Source: a virus
Strand: one strand, 5' to 3'
Virus record (IMG/VR): IMGVR_UViG_3300021960_000019
Length of the DNA: 64,000 nt
Positions 47,577-57,610 of the stretch are shown piece by piece. The notes under the pieces are model-generated. The model worked only from the letters and a program-made list of their open reading frames with translations. It searched no databases and was not told the origin of the DNA. Position 1 is the stretch's first letter. Every line of letters starts with the position of its first letter. The position numbers were made by a program, and so were the translations under genes.

Positions 47577-48099
47577 ACGTAGTGAATTTCGCCGTAGAAA
47601 AAATGATTTGTATCCTACTCCAGAGGATGCATTTCGTCCTCTAATTCCATTCTTACCACAACATGATTTCACATTTTGGGAACCATGTGCAGGGGATGGT
47701 AGACTTGTAAAGTTTACAGAAGGCCTTACAAACGGCAAATCAATAGGTGCATCTGATTGTGACCCCCAAGTTGATTGGGTAGAAAAGAAAGATGCACTCG
47801 ATTCTACAATTCCAGAAAATGTGGATTTAATTATTACAAATCCACCTTGGACTAGGTGGTTATTACATCCTATGATTCTACATTTTACCAAGCAGGCACC
47901 TACATGGTTACTCTTTGATGCGGATTGGATGCACACAAAACAGGCAACACCATATTTGCCTATGTGCAGTAAGATAGTATCTATTGGTAGAGTTAAATGG
48001 ATTGAAGGTTCAAAACATACTGGTAAAGATAATTCTTGTTGGTATCTTTTCGATAAGGATACGACAAAAACTGAATTTTATCCTAAAATTTGGATATAA
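47569..48099 (+). CDS. Small amino (N6A/N4C) DNA methyltransferase-like protein
   Basis: D.YPTP, WEPCAGDG (SAM motif I), IITNPPW (motif IV). Confidence 0.75.
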   Translation: MGKRSEFRRRKNDLYPTPEDAFRPLIPFLPQHDFTFWEPCAGDGRLVKFTEGLTNGKSIGASDCDPQVDWVEKKDALDSTIPENVDLIITNPPWTRWLLHPMILHFTKQAPTWLLFDADWMHTKQATPYLPMCSKIVSIGRVKWIEGSKHTGKDNSCWYLFDKDTTKTEFYPKIWI

Positions 48100-48133
48100 C
48101 TATTTGCGTGAGTTTTCAAGAAAGGAATTCTCT

Positions 48134-48613
48134 GTGAAAAAACAACATAAAAAACTTTGGAAGAAAGTTAGTAAAATGGATTTAGGAAACCCTGTCATAA
48201 CTGCCTTAATCGGACTTGTTATTTTTTATATCGGTCTTAAAACATTCTCTGGTGGTATGAAGTCTATGGGGAATATGGAACATCTATCATTCTTTTTAGG
48301 CAACCCACTTTATATGTTCTTTGGTGGTATTATCATGACACTCTTATGGCAATCGTCTAGTTTATCAACAACTGCAATTATTGCACTAGTTGCCTCTGGA
48401 GCTTTACCATTGCCCGCTGCAATTGCATGTGTTCTTGGTGCAAATATAGGTACAACTGGCACAATCTGGTTGGCTGGGTTGTTCGTATCTGATGGAATTC
48501 CAAAAGGAGATACCCTGCGAATCGCAATGGCACATACAGGAATGAACCTATTAATGGCAATAATGTTACTTCCCTTTGTGGGTCATATTGCAAAATATCT
48601 CAATAAATTTTAA
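48134..48613 (+). CDS. Na+/phosphate cotransporter (NptA/NaPi-II family), single-repeat form
   Basis: T.L.QSSS.ST and GANIGTT signature motifs; hydrophobic; SD AAGGA before GTG. Confidence 0.8.
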   Translation: MKKQHKKLWKKVSKMDLGNPVITALIGLVIFYIGLKTFSGGMKSMGNMEHLSFFLGNPLYMFFGGIIMTLLWQSSSLSTTAIIALVASGALPLPAAIACVLGANIGTTGTIWLAGLFVSDGIPKGDTLRIAMAHTGMNLLMAIMLLPFVGHIAKYLNKF

Positions 48614-48620
48614 AAAAAAA

Positions 48621-48662
48621 TATAAGTCTTTGTTTTATAAAGGCTTATATTTCACTTTTTTT
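48621..48662 (+). terminator. Probable bidirectional rho-independent terminator
   Basis: TATAAGTCTTT / AAAGGCTTATA stem, flanked by an A-run and a T-rich run. Confidence 0.55.
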
Positions 48663-48673
48663 ACTCAAAACGC

Positions 48674-48722
48674 TTGACTCTTGGGTCATTATATCATATA
48701 CTGTATATGTAAGTTAGAGAAA
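48674..48722 (+). promoter_or_regulatory. Early sigma70 promoter with conserved leader
   Basis: GCTTGACT-17 bp-TATACT, then TGTATATGTAAGTTAGAGAAA identical to 49115-49135. Confidence 0.75.
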
Positions 48723-48736
48723 AGAGAGAGAAATCT

Positions 48737-49078
48737 ATGACCATTGAAAATCAAATAACCACTCTTGTTGAAAACATCAAAGAAGACTACTTGCGGTGGA
48801 CTTCTAGAAATTACACTAAAGAGTTGTCTGAAATCAATGAAACTATGATTGCACAATTCAACGAAAAAATCTCTTGGAATGAAGGTAATAAGTACATCAA
48901 AATTATTACCAATGGTTCTGTTTGGGGTTTTGTTGTTGCTGTTAATAATGACAAGAAATTCAAGTATGGTGATATTCTGAAAGCTGCAGGGTGGAATGCT
49001 CCTGCTCGGAATGCCGCTCGGGGAAATGTCTTTGAAGATTATGATATTCAATGGACAGGACCTAACTACCTTCGGTAA
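48737..49078 (+). CDS. Hypothetical early protein
   Basis: KYIKI....SVWGFV...F..GDILKAAGW.APARN.ARGN. Confidence 0.7.
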   Translation: MTIENQITTLVENIKEDYLRWTSRNYTKELSEINETMIAQFNEKISWNEGNKYIKIITNGSVWGFVVAVNNDKKFKYGDILKAAGWNAPARNAARGNVFEDYDIQWTGPNYLR

Positions 49079-49086
49079 AATAATGC

Positions 49087-49135
49087 TTGACTTTCATGTG
49101 CGAATCAGTTATATTGTATATGTAAGTTAGAGAAA
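49087..49135 (+). promoter_or_regulatory. Early sigma70 promoter with conserved leader (CGAATC in spacer)
   Basis: GCTTGACT-17 bp-TATATT; 21-bp leader shared with 48702. Confidence 0.75.
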
Positions 49136-49142
49136 GTAAATA

Positions 49143-49727
49143 ATGATTGCAAATAAAGAAAAAACAATACTAGTTGACTGTGATGGTGTGCTCCTTGATT
49201 GGGAGTATGCCTTTGACTGTTGGATGGCCCGGCATGGGTATCAAGTCATGAGTCATGGTGACTATAAAATGGACGTTAAATATGGACTTGATCGGAAAGA
49301 AAGTAAACGGTTGATTCGGATGTTTAACGAGAGTGCCTGGATACGGAAATTACCTCCCCTTCGGGATGCAATCAAGTATGTCAAAAAACTCCACGAAGAA
49401 CATGGTTATATTTTCCATGCGATTACTAGTTTGAGTAACGATCAATATGCACAACACCTTCGGACTAAGAACCTTCGGGAACTGTTTGGTGATAGTGCGT
49501 TTGAACGGTATGTTTATCTAGACACTGGTGCCGACAAAGACGAGGCTCTTGCCGAGTATCATGGTACTGGTTGTTATTGGGTTGAAGATAAACCTGAGAA
49601 TGCCGAAGTTGGACTTGATAACGGTTTACACAGTTTACTGGTTGCCCATGACCACAACACTGATTATGATGGTAGTGCTCATCGGGTTCGGAACTGGAAA
49701 GAAATCTATAATATTATTACTGATTAA
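49143..49727 (+). CDS. HAD-family 5'(3')-deoxyribonucleotidase-like protein
   Basis: LVDCDGVLLDW, ITS, K, WVEDK..N motifs. Confidence 0.8.
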   Translation: MIANKEKTILVDCDGVLLDWEYAFDCWMARHGYQVMSHGDYKMDVKYGLDRKESKRLIRMFNESAWIRKLPPLRDAIKYVKKLHEEHGYIFHAITSLSNDQYAQHLRTKNLRELFGDSAFERYVYLDTGADKDEALAEYHGTGCYWVEDKPENAEVGLDNGLHSLLVAHDHNTDYDGSAHRVRNWKEIYNIITD

Positions 49728-51646
49728 CTCCAAGACTGAATAGGACCACTACCTACTCCGCCTCCACCGCCGCCGGCATCTCCATCATCACCACCACTAT
49801 TTCCAGAACCAATTCTTGGGTCATTCTGTGGTGTAATAGTTTCAAAGTAACCATGTCCATCTCTTTCAAAATACCCCAATGGTGTTTGATTGGACGTAAA
49901 TATTACTAGTTGAACGGCATTACAGAAACTTGGTGATAGTGAGGCTTTATCGGCTTCTATACCTATGTATGTAGATGAGATAGGAATTTCTACAGGTGCT
50001 TTAGTTGTTGGATTGATATTAATACCAGTATTATTTTTAGAAGTTATAAAACTACCATTACTATCACTTGGTGGATTTTCAATTGATATTTTTTTATTGG
50101 TCAAAGTTTTTTCAATTGTAGTATCAGTATTATCAACAATTTTTAATTCTGTATTATTTATCCCACCATATGAACTATTAAATAAAGTTGGTGACTTTAT
50201 CGTTGATACGTTTTGATTTTTTATTACTCTATCAAAAGAATTGCGAGTGTTCAGTGTACCTGAGAAAGTTGGTGTAGGATCTAGATTAGTTTGAGAGAAT
50301 GACGCTGATAAAACTGATCCAACATTAGTTGATGGAAACTCAATGGTATTTGAACCTGTTGTCCAAACAAGTCTAACAGCTCCACCACCGCCGGGCCCAC
50401 CGCCTGCAGAAGTACCAGATCCTCCGCCGCCACCACCGAATTCTCCCCCTGCGATATCACCCTTACTGATTTTATTGTTTGATAGAGGTTCGCCATCATC
50501 ACCATCACCACCACCAGATCCACCTTTACCACCTTCGCCAGTTGTTGTTGACGCCGCGCCACTAGTTCCCTCACCAAAAAGTCCGACACCACCGCCGCCG
50601 GGCGATCCCCAAGTTGATGAATAATGCTGTCCAGCACCCCCACCGCCACCTTGTCCGGCATCACCATCACCACCATCGGCTCCCTGTCCAGAGTATCCTC
50701 CTGCACCACCACCACTTCGAGTCCAAGTTCCCTGATATCCACCATTACCACCTCGGCCGCCGCCATCACCAGTATATCCACCACCATAACCACCATTTCC
50801 AGAACCAGTTGAATCGGTGCCACCGCGACCTGCGCCAAATCCACAAACGGTAGTGTCACTAATAAAGTATGAATTGTTTCCCATCGCAGTTGAACTTGTT
50901 GCATTCGATACTAATGTAGGGCCCGCCGCACCGACTTCTACAGTATATGATTGGCCAGGCGTTACTGATATATTATTTTTATATCCAAGACCGCCTCCGC
51001 CGCCACCACCAGATGACCATTGATGTCCACCAGTACCACCAGAACCGACCGCAACAACACTAACTGAAGTAACTCCAGCTGGTGCAGTCCAAGAATATGT
51101 GCCTGGGGTTGTAAAACTCTGATTAAACATTGGATTACTTGCATCTGCGATACTAAAGTCAGCCCTAATAAACGCATAATTCACATTAACAGAAGAACCT
51201 AAAAAATTAAAGGTAGATGCATCATGAATTGGAATTTTAGAATTTGTTATTTTTGTTTCTAATGTATTTGTTGTGTTTCCAACATTGATATTAATATCTG
51301 CATTTTTTATGGCGAATCCAGTATTCCAAGTACCATTTTCTATTGGTATTGCTTTTGGTGGATATTTTGCAAGAATAGTAGTATCTGTACCATCAATAAT
51401 ATCAATTTTATTATTAAATTGTGGAACATTTTGATTTAAATTATTCCACACACCTTGATTGATTTGTATTTCTTTATTATTAATTATTGCATCAAGTGGA
51501 TTATTAAGTCTTGATGAAGTATCTTTAATTTCAATTGAAAGGGGCGGAAATGCCTGAATATTACTAGGAAGTGATTCAGGCCCCGCTTCTGCGTTAACTG
51601 TATTAAAACTAGTTTCTACAGAAACTGTTAGGGCCTGAATTGTCAT
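49724..51646 (-). CDS. Cassette C gene 4: Gly-rich virion protein ending PIQSWS
   Basis: FTTPGTYSWTAPAGVTSVSVVAVG.GG Gly-rich domain flanked by duplicated I.I.D.TDTT..K.I.IEN segments. Confidence 0.65.
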   Translation of the reverse strand: MTIQALTVSVETSFNTVNAEAGPESLPSNIQAFPPLSIEIKDTSSRLNNPLDAIINNKEIQINQGVWNNLNQNVPQFNNKIDIIDGTDTTILAKYPPKAIPIENGTWNTGFAIKNADININVGNTTNTLETKITNSKIPIHDASTFNFLGSSVNVNYAFIRADFSIADASNPMFNQSFTTPGTYSWTAPAGVTSVSVVAVGSGGTGGHQWSSGGGGGGGLGYKNNISVTPGQSYTVEVGAAGPTLVSNATSSTAMGNNSYFISDTTVCGFGAGRGGTDSTGSGNGGYGGGYTGDGGGRGGNGGYQGTWTRSGGGAGGYSGQGADGGDGDAGQGGGGGAGQHYSSTWGSPGGGGVGLFGEGTSGAASTTTGEGGKGGSGGGDGDDGEPLSNNKISKGDIAGGEFGGGGGGSGTSAGGGPGGGGAVRLVWTTGSNTIEFPSTNVGSVLSASFSQTNLDPTPTFSGTLNTRNSFDRVIKNQNVSTIKSPTLFNSSYGGINNTELKIVDNTDTTIEKTLTNKKISIENPPSDSNGSFITSKNNTGININPTTKAPVEIPISSTYIGIEADKASLSPSFCNAVQLVIFTSNQTPLGYFERDGHGYFETITPQNDPRIGSGNSGGDDGDAGGGGGGVGSGPIQSWS

Positions 51647-51659
51647 TTCTTATCCTACT

Positions 51660-53522
51660 TTAGATTTCGATAGATGCAGCAACGTTAGTAAATCCAGCAC
51701 CAGTAACTTTTGTACCTACTTGCAACTCTCCAGTTGTTAACGTAGTCACAGTTTTTGTCGTAGTACCATCAGTAAACGTCATAGAAGAACCTTCAATAAC
51801 GAGTTTAACACTTGTTGCAATTCTTGTACCTGATGCATTTACTGCACTTACATCAATATATGTAGTAATATCACTACCAGAATATGTGTAACTTGTATTC
51901 TCTGGAGTTACAGTAATAGAAACAGGTAATGTTGGTGTTAATAGATGTAACTCTGGGTAGTCTCCACCATATACAGAGCTTGGTTTTGTATACCAAATTC
52001 TATCTAAACTATCTCTACCACATTCGTGAATATACCCATCGACAACTGATGTTTCAGTCCAACCAGTACTATCATTCCATGCATAAACCCTAAATGCACT
52101 TGTGAACCAGACCCCAATCATTGTATGAGAATCATTCAACCAAACCCATTGTCTTGGTGTTGAGGGCATTGTAATATCGCTATGATATGTAAGATCTTTT
52201 GGGTTTGCAGCATCTACTGAATATGTAACCCAAGTTCTCCACCCTTCATCTGTATCTTGAAATGTATATCTTCCGTCAATTCTAAATTCAGAAACATATC
52301 TAGTTCCACCACTCACCCAAGAAGTAGTACTCCATTGCATAGGATGATGCGCGCCGGTATATGCCGTAAATCCACTCAAATCTGCTTTAGTACTACTCAG
52401 AACATCCGTAGAGATATCAGTTTCTACCGCAAAGGTATCTGAAGATCTATCCCAAGTAACTACAAGTGGGTGCCAGTTGTAATACTGATCGTAGTAAGAT
52501 TTATAAAACAGCATATTAGTACCAGAAACACCTCTTGGATCGTCCATTACTTCAGAGAAGTTGGATGCAATCTCTTTACTGTTCATGTTGCTGCCACCAG
52601 AATGGGTGCCGGACGGTCCAATGGAATTGGTATAATTAAACATGTTGGTTGATGTTGGATTATAGTTACTTGTCCACATCTCTTTTGCAACTTTTATGTA
52701 GTTCCCAGTTGTACCACTAGAAGCTTGCTGTCCAGCAAACAAAAGTCCACCATCATTTGATTCACCCAAAAATTGTACTGTCCAATCATTACCCATTTGA
52801 TAAACATCTCTAGTATACTGAGATGGCCAGTTATTCGGCCACTGAGAACCAGATGTGCTATGATAACCAACTTTTAGTTTAAATGATGGATAATTATAGG
52901 TCGAACCCCCATCGTCACCACGACTCAATGCTGGTACAAATTTATCCGAACCATAGGCTTTTCCCCAGAAATGGTATCTATGTGAATAATTGTCGCTCCA
53001 GTTGGCATGTCTTGCAGTTGGTCTTACGTCATCCAAATTAGTTGTGTTTTCCATCTTTGGCCATGCAAATTGATAACAAGTGGCACTTTGATTATATGCC
53101 CACACAGGGGCCTCATCAACACCATCAGAAATCATTTGCATAGAACCGCCTTTGTATCCACCTTCACCTACACCGTTGGAGGTACAGGTTAATGACATAT
53201 CAATCCATGCGCCAGAGTCTGGTGTGTTTGCATAATCTGCGCTATTATCATCTGGTCTATTCGCACCATTTTGCATTTTAGCGAGACCCATGGAACTTCC
53301 AGTGTAAGGGCCGTTATGATTAATTCTATTGTCTAGATAATTTCGTTCCCATGAACCATCTGATGGATTGTCGTTAAAATTAATACTTTTATTATATTGC
53401 GGCGTTAAACTATTTTTATCGTGTTTATCACCGTTAATGTAGAATCCATCATTTCCTGCTCTTGGGTCTTCAAGTACAACAGGACGATTATAATCTCCTT
53501 CGTAATCCCATACCTTAGCCAT
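51660..53522 (-). CDS. Cassette C gene 3: large structural protein with C-terminal Ig-like domain
   Basis: Trp/Tyr-rich body; GRDSLDRIW; TPTLPVSIT...Y.YSG...VSA.N..G.RIA. Confidence 0.6.
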   Translation of the reverse strand: MAKVWDYEGDYNRPVVLEDPRAGNDGFYINGDKHDKNSLTPQYNKSINFNDNPSDGSWERNYLDNRINHNGPYTGSSMGLAKMQNGANRPDDNSADYANTPDSGAWIDMSLTCTSNGVGEGGYKGGSMQMISDGVDEAPVWAYNQSATCYQFAWPKMENTTNLDDVRPTARHANWSDNYSHRYHFWGKAYGSDKFVPALSRGDDGGSTYNYPSFKLKVGYHSTSGSQWPNNWPSQYTRDVYQMGNDWTVQFLGESNDGGLLFAGQQASSGTTGNYIKVAKEMWTSNYNPTSTNMFNYTNSIGPSGTHSGGSNMNSKEIASNFSEVMDDPRGVSGTNMLFYKSYYDQYYNWHPLVVTWDRSSDTFAVETDISTDVLSSTKADLSGFTAYTGAHHPMQWSTTSWVSGGTRYVSEFRIDGRYTFQDTDEGWRTWVTYSVDAANPKDLTYHSDITMPSTPRQWVWLNDSHTMIGVWFTSAFRVYAWNDSTGWTETSVVDGYIHECGRDSLDRIWYTKPSSVYGGDYPELHLLTPTLPVSITVTPENTSYTYSGSDITTYIDVSAVNASGTRIATSVKLVIEGSSMTFTDGTTTKTVTTLTTGELQVGTKVTGAGFTNVAASIEI

Positions 53523-53524
53523 TT

Positions 53525-53770
53525 CTATTCTCCTGCTGCGTTGTTAGTCTTAACCCAAGCAATTGCTTCGTCAAGGTCATTCCATGCAGTACGGCTTCCG
53601 TCTGCATCAAAATTGAATGGTTGATTAATTCTAATTACACCATCTTCGTCAGTTGCTGTAAAAATTCCATCAGTTAGATCGCCAGTAAGTGACACATCTA
53701 CTACTTCGTGTACCTCGTTTCCATCATCGTCTAACGAGATTTGGTTTTCTTTTATAGTAAAAACAGACAT
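53525..53770 (-). CDS. Cassette C gene 2: small acidic protein
   Basis: SD AAGGAG; NQPF.......W....EAIAW. Confidence 0.6.
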   Translation of the reverse strand: MSVFTIKENQISLDDDGNEVHEVVDVSLTGDLTDGIFTATDEDGVIRINQPFNFDADGSRTAWNDLDEAIAWVKTNNAAGE

Positions 53771-53798
53771 TTTAAATGCTCCTTAAATTTTATACTTA

Positions 53799-53806
53799 TA
53801 TTTATA
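53799..53806 (-). promoter_or_regulatory. T4-type late promoter TATAAATA (minus strand)
   Basis: TATTTATA on the + strand, upstream of 53770. Confidence 0.65.
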
Positions 53807-53808
53807 AT

Positions 53809-55752
53809 TTATGTTTGTTTATATTTGAACTGGATAACTAAATCTTCGCCTTTATTTGTAGTACCTATAGTTAGGATGTCTACTGTCAAGTAATCCCCAG
53901 CATTCATATTCCATGTTTTGTTTGTGCCCGTAGGTGATGCAGTTGTTTGTCCACCCAAGATATCTATTGAAGATTGTGAAACATCATTCTTATTTATTTG
54001 AATTGATACAGTTGCATCTGCCGAGACATTCAACTTTGGTATAGTGTCTGATATAGTTAAATCATATGGTGCATACCATCTTGCAGTACCAGTATGTACT
54101 TGCAATTCGCCTTGTTGATATAAATTTGTCACAAATGTAGTTTGATCTTTTACTTTGGTTAGATTAGTAATAGTATCATCTGTTACCTTTTCAACAATTC
54201 TTTCTTCTGCGACATCTTTAACTTTTTCTTTAAAAACATTTGTTTGTTCTAAATACACGCCCAAATCTTGCGGTTCAAATTTTTGTGTAGTCGAGTTATA
54301 TACTAAACATACCTGTCCTACAATAGTAGGTACTGGTTTTATTTCTACTGGTGTTTTATGGCCCTGTTGATCATGTTGAAAATATAAAATATAATTACCA
54401 TCAACATTAGTTTCCACAGCAAGATCTTTGATTGCAATCTCGCCTTGCATTGCACCATGAATTCCACACTGATAAAATAGTGTATCTGGTGCATCCATGG
54501 GCACAGTAAATGTAACAGTACCAACATCTGTACGAGAACCAGTGACTCCACTAGTATATTCGTCTACATATGAACCACTAATAAAGTTTGCACCATTATC
54601 AGTTGTCAAATAGAATGGATGCCCTGATGCATCAACATTAAATGTATAGGTGCCTCCACGATATAATGGAGTCAGTGTTGGATTATCACCAAATGCATTA
54701 CCACCAAAAGTATAATTACCAGTATTAACAAAAGAAACATCGTATGAAACTGATGGATTCGTTAAAGTTGGTGGTGTTATGGTTGATGGTACAGAAATAT
54801 TTATTCTCTGCACTTCTGTTTCGGAACCACCCCTAACACTATCAAATGTAATATCTTGTACATTCAATGTAGATGTTGCCCACGAAACTAGGTTGTCAGT
54901 ACCAGGCCCATCAACCCACTTTAGATAAATCTTGTGAGTTTGAGTTAATGAAGTATCGGTTAAATCATGTGCCGCGAAATTAAACACGGTATACGTACCT
55001 TGGTTATAAATTGGCACATTTGATTGTGTTTGATTTCGAATAGTTGTTCTGGCATATGGTAAAGACCCTGCATCCCAACTCCACAACCAATCCATTCCGG
55101 CGCCGCCGCCGGCCATATTTGCATCTACTGCAATAGTTAAAGTTTCTGGTGGTATGTCTAATGTGACATTATCTAAGTCGTGAACATCATTTGGTACTGT
55201 ACCAGACGGCAATCTCAAATTTCCTTCACTATCAAGATCAATTTGATTTGTACCAACTTTTAATGCATCAACTACAATCCCAGATGCATCAGAAGAAATT
55301 GTAGTATCGCCCAAATGAATTGTATTTGAACTTAAATATAAATCTCTAAACTTATTGGTTGCACTACCTAAATCATATGTCTCATTAGAATCGGGTAAGA
55401 TGTGTCCTGATACACTACCAAGTTTAGTCTGTACCTTTGTGTCTGTGTAGTAAAGATTTGTCGTTCCTTCTGGTAAATTGTCAGAATTACCAACTTGTTG
55501 TTCAACACTAGTTGGATTTCTAAGTTTGTTTACTGCATCAGCTAGTTTTTTAATTTGTTCTGGAGTTGCAGATGAGTATAGTTGATTAACCCTTGAATTT
55601 AGTGCAGTCTCAATACTAGAATTTTCTTTTTGTCCTAATGCAGCGGCAGAACGCGAAAGTGCGAGCAACTCTTCGACACCAGCACTAGGTATATTACTAA
55701 GAATTTCTGCCGTAAGAGCTGATATAGATGTGTTTAGATTTGCATCTGCCAT
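53809..55752 (-). CDS. Cassette C gene 1: MAD anchor + cupredoxin-like domain + RWYAP domain
   Basis: YRGGTYTF..GHPFY...FYQCGIHGAM; GELQVHTGTARWYAP. Confidence 0.7.
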   Translation of the reverse strand: MADANLNTSISALTAEILSNIPSAGVEELLALSRSAAALGQKENSSIETALNSRVNQLYSSATPEQIKKLADAVNKLRNPTSVEQQVGNSDNLPEGTTNLYYTDTKVQTKLGSVSGHILPDSNETYDLGSATNKFRDLYLSSNTIHLGDTTISSDASGIVVDALKVGTNQIDLDSEGNLRLPSGTVPNDVHDLDNVTLDIPPETLTIAVDANMAGGGAGMDWLWSWDAGSLPYARTTIRNQTQSNVPIYNQGTYTVFNFAAHDLTDTSLTQTHKIYLKWVDGPGTDNLVSWATSTLNVQDITFDSVRGGSETEVQRINISVPSTITPPTLTNPSVSYDVSFVNTGNYTFGGNAFGDNPTLTPLYRGGTYTFNVDASGHPFYLTTDNGANFISGSYVDEYTSGVTGSRTDVGTVTFTVPMDAPDTLFYQCGIHGAMQGEIAIKDLAVETNVDGNYILYFQHDQQGHKTPVEIKPVPTIVGQVCLVYNSTTQKFEPQDLGVYLEQTNVFKEKVKDVAEERIVEKVTDDTITNLTKVKDQTTFVTNLYQQGELQVHTGTARWYAPYDLTISDTIPKLNVSADATVSIQINKNDVSQSSIDILGGQTTASPTGTNKTWNMNAGDYLTVDILTIGTTNKGEDLVIQFKYKQT

Positions 55753-55764
55753 TATTTTATCCTT

Positions 55765-56475
55765 TTAGAACCAAATTTGCGTTGTAGAGACTACTTCTTC
55801 TTCATCATCATCTTCTCTGATGTGTTCTGCGATTGCTCTATCATCACTAACACCAGTAAATAATAGTGGTAGTCCATCTTGTCCTACCCACTTTCCAACA
55901 TTAGGACTAATAATGTTCAATCCCAAATTGGTGGCGGGAATAGTTATAGAAAATTGTTCTGCTATAAGTGGCGTTTGCAGATTTTGTACATTGCCCATTG
56001 CAGTAATAGGACTGTCGAGATCTGGTTCGAGTCCTGTCTCAGAACCAGCAATATCATCTGTTGCACCACCAGAGTAAGTTCTACTTAAATCCCATTTACC
56101 ACCAGATTTGAGTAAGTTTGAACCATCAACAAAAAGTCTTGGAATATCTTCAGTTATTCCAGTAGGTACAAGGTTTGCTGGTGCTGTACCATAAAACAAA
56201 AATACATATGGTTCACTCATTCCAGCATGTTCGAGTGTTACTGAAGGGGGGGTTCCCAAATATTCAACTTTGTTTCCATCTTCTCCTACAATTGTAGCTG
56301 CACCAGCAACACTAGATATAGAAGAAACGCCACCCGGCGCTAAATTAATATCATATTGTGTCACATCAGATGGACTCAATATAGAAGAAACTCCACCTGA
56401 CGCCAAAAGAATCTCAGCTTGACCCATATTACTGGGTGAGCTGAGATTATTTGTGTTACTGTGCCCTACGGTCAT
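55765..56475 (-). CDS. Cassette B gene 4: acidic protein ending TTQIWF
   Basis: Packed in operon; Q-x-W at the C-terminus. Confidence 0.6.
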   Translation of the reverse strand: MTVGHSNTNNLSSPSNMGQAEILLASGGVSSILSPSDVTQYDINLAPGGVSSISSVAGAATIVGEDGNKVEYLGTPPSVTLEHAGMSEPYVFLFYGTAPANLVPTGITEDIPRLFVDGSNLLKSGGKWDLSRTYSGGATDDIAGSETGLEPDLDSPITAMGNVQNLQTPLIAEQFSITIPATNLGLNIISPNVGKWVGQDGLPLLFTGVSDDRAIAEHIREDDDEEEVVSTTQIWF

Positions 56476-56478
56476 TTA

Positions 56479-57606
56479 TTATGGACCAGTGATATTAGAT
56501 TCTGGTACTGCGTAACAACATACGCGATATCCATGATCCGCCGGTTGACTTCCTGACATGCCGCCTTTGATAATTCTATAATAATCACTACCAACTTGCA
56601 ATCTGTTGCCTTGGTTCGCAGTACCCATGTTGTCGGCAATTCTATAAATCCCTAACATCTGACCATATCGAGTGTCATTTTGTTGTGGCGATTGGTAGTT
56701 CCAATCTTGAAATGTTGGTGTAACATAACATGGATGTAATAGAGATGCAAAACCAGCATTAGTTGGGGTTTCTCTTACCGATTTTCTGCCCATTGGAGTC
56801 ATGAATAAATAATTTTGATATTGACTAGTGTAGTTACTAGAAGACCATCCCACATGATAACCACCATTGGTCTGGGTAGTATTTCTATATTGTTGTGTCT
56901 CATCAAACATCTGGAATCTATATAAACTATATGCCGCAGTAATCGAAGTGTTACCATTTGATACAATACCATATGAACCGGCAGAGAGCATACAACCAGC
57001 ATAATATCTATCATTTACGTCAACATGATAATCATCATAATCTGATACAGTTGGATAATCCCCCCAATGTTTAAACGCAATAGGTTGTTGGAATTGTTGA
57101 TTGTTTGGATCGCCATGTGCTGCAAATGTGAAACTACAATCAGTGATGTTAAGATCTATTGAACGACAATTGTACATGTTACTATCACCTATCTCAATAC
57201 TACTTGAGGCCATCGTCATGTAATCGCTTTCTGAAGATGGGTTTGCTCTGTACTTGTCGTTAACTCCCATCGCAAACCCAATTGATGAACTCCACCCCAG
57301 AGTAATTTTCATTGTTTGGGTGTTTGTACTGGTTTTATTTGCATGATCGTAGTGTTTTTTGGTAAACTCCCACCTACCCGAAGTATAATTCTGAGCAGAA
57401 GTATAAATTCCATTTGATGGTTTTGTACCAACAATATATGATGATGCAGTATCGATAAGATTTCCACTACTTACTGCGGCACCAAACTGTGCAATCGTAG
57501 TAATTGTTGGAGTGTCTTTGATTGTATTCCATACCGCTGACCAAATTTGTTCAGCTTGGGATGTACTTGTCGATCCTGTTGGTTTAAATTCTAAGTGTAT
57601 ATACAT
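56479..57606 (-). CDS. Cassette B gene 3 (paralog of 32783-33922)
   Basis: TKKHY, DTRYG...YR..D, YRI, CYAVPE. Confidence 0.65.
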   Translation of the reverse strand: MYIHLEFKPTGSTSTSQAEQIWSAVWNTIKDTPTITTIAQFGAAVSSGNLIDTASSYIVGTKPSNGIYTSAQNYTSGRWEFTKKHYDHANKTSTNTQTMKITLGWSSSIGFAMGVNDKYRANPSSESDYMTMASSSIEIGDSNMYNCRSIDLNITDCSFTFAAHGDPNNQQFQQPIAFKHWGDYPTVSDYDDYHVDVNDRYYAGCMLSAGSYGIVSNGNTSITAAYSLYRFQMFDETQQYRNTTQTNGGYHVGWSSSNYTSQYQNYLFMTPMGRKSVRETPTNAGFASLLHPCYVTPTFQDWNYQSPQQNDTRYGQMLGIYRIADNMGTANQGNRLQVGSDYYRIIKGGMSGSQPADHGYRVCCYAVPESNITGP

Positions 57607-57610
57607 TTTT

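Noticed and set aside
49965-51177. Pro-rich plus-strand ORFs and alternative-frame ORFs over the Gly-rich gene (also 24203-24901)
   Set aside because: Shadows of GGT/GGC codon runs, with no SD or promoter support.
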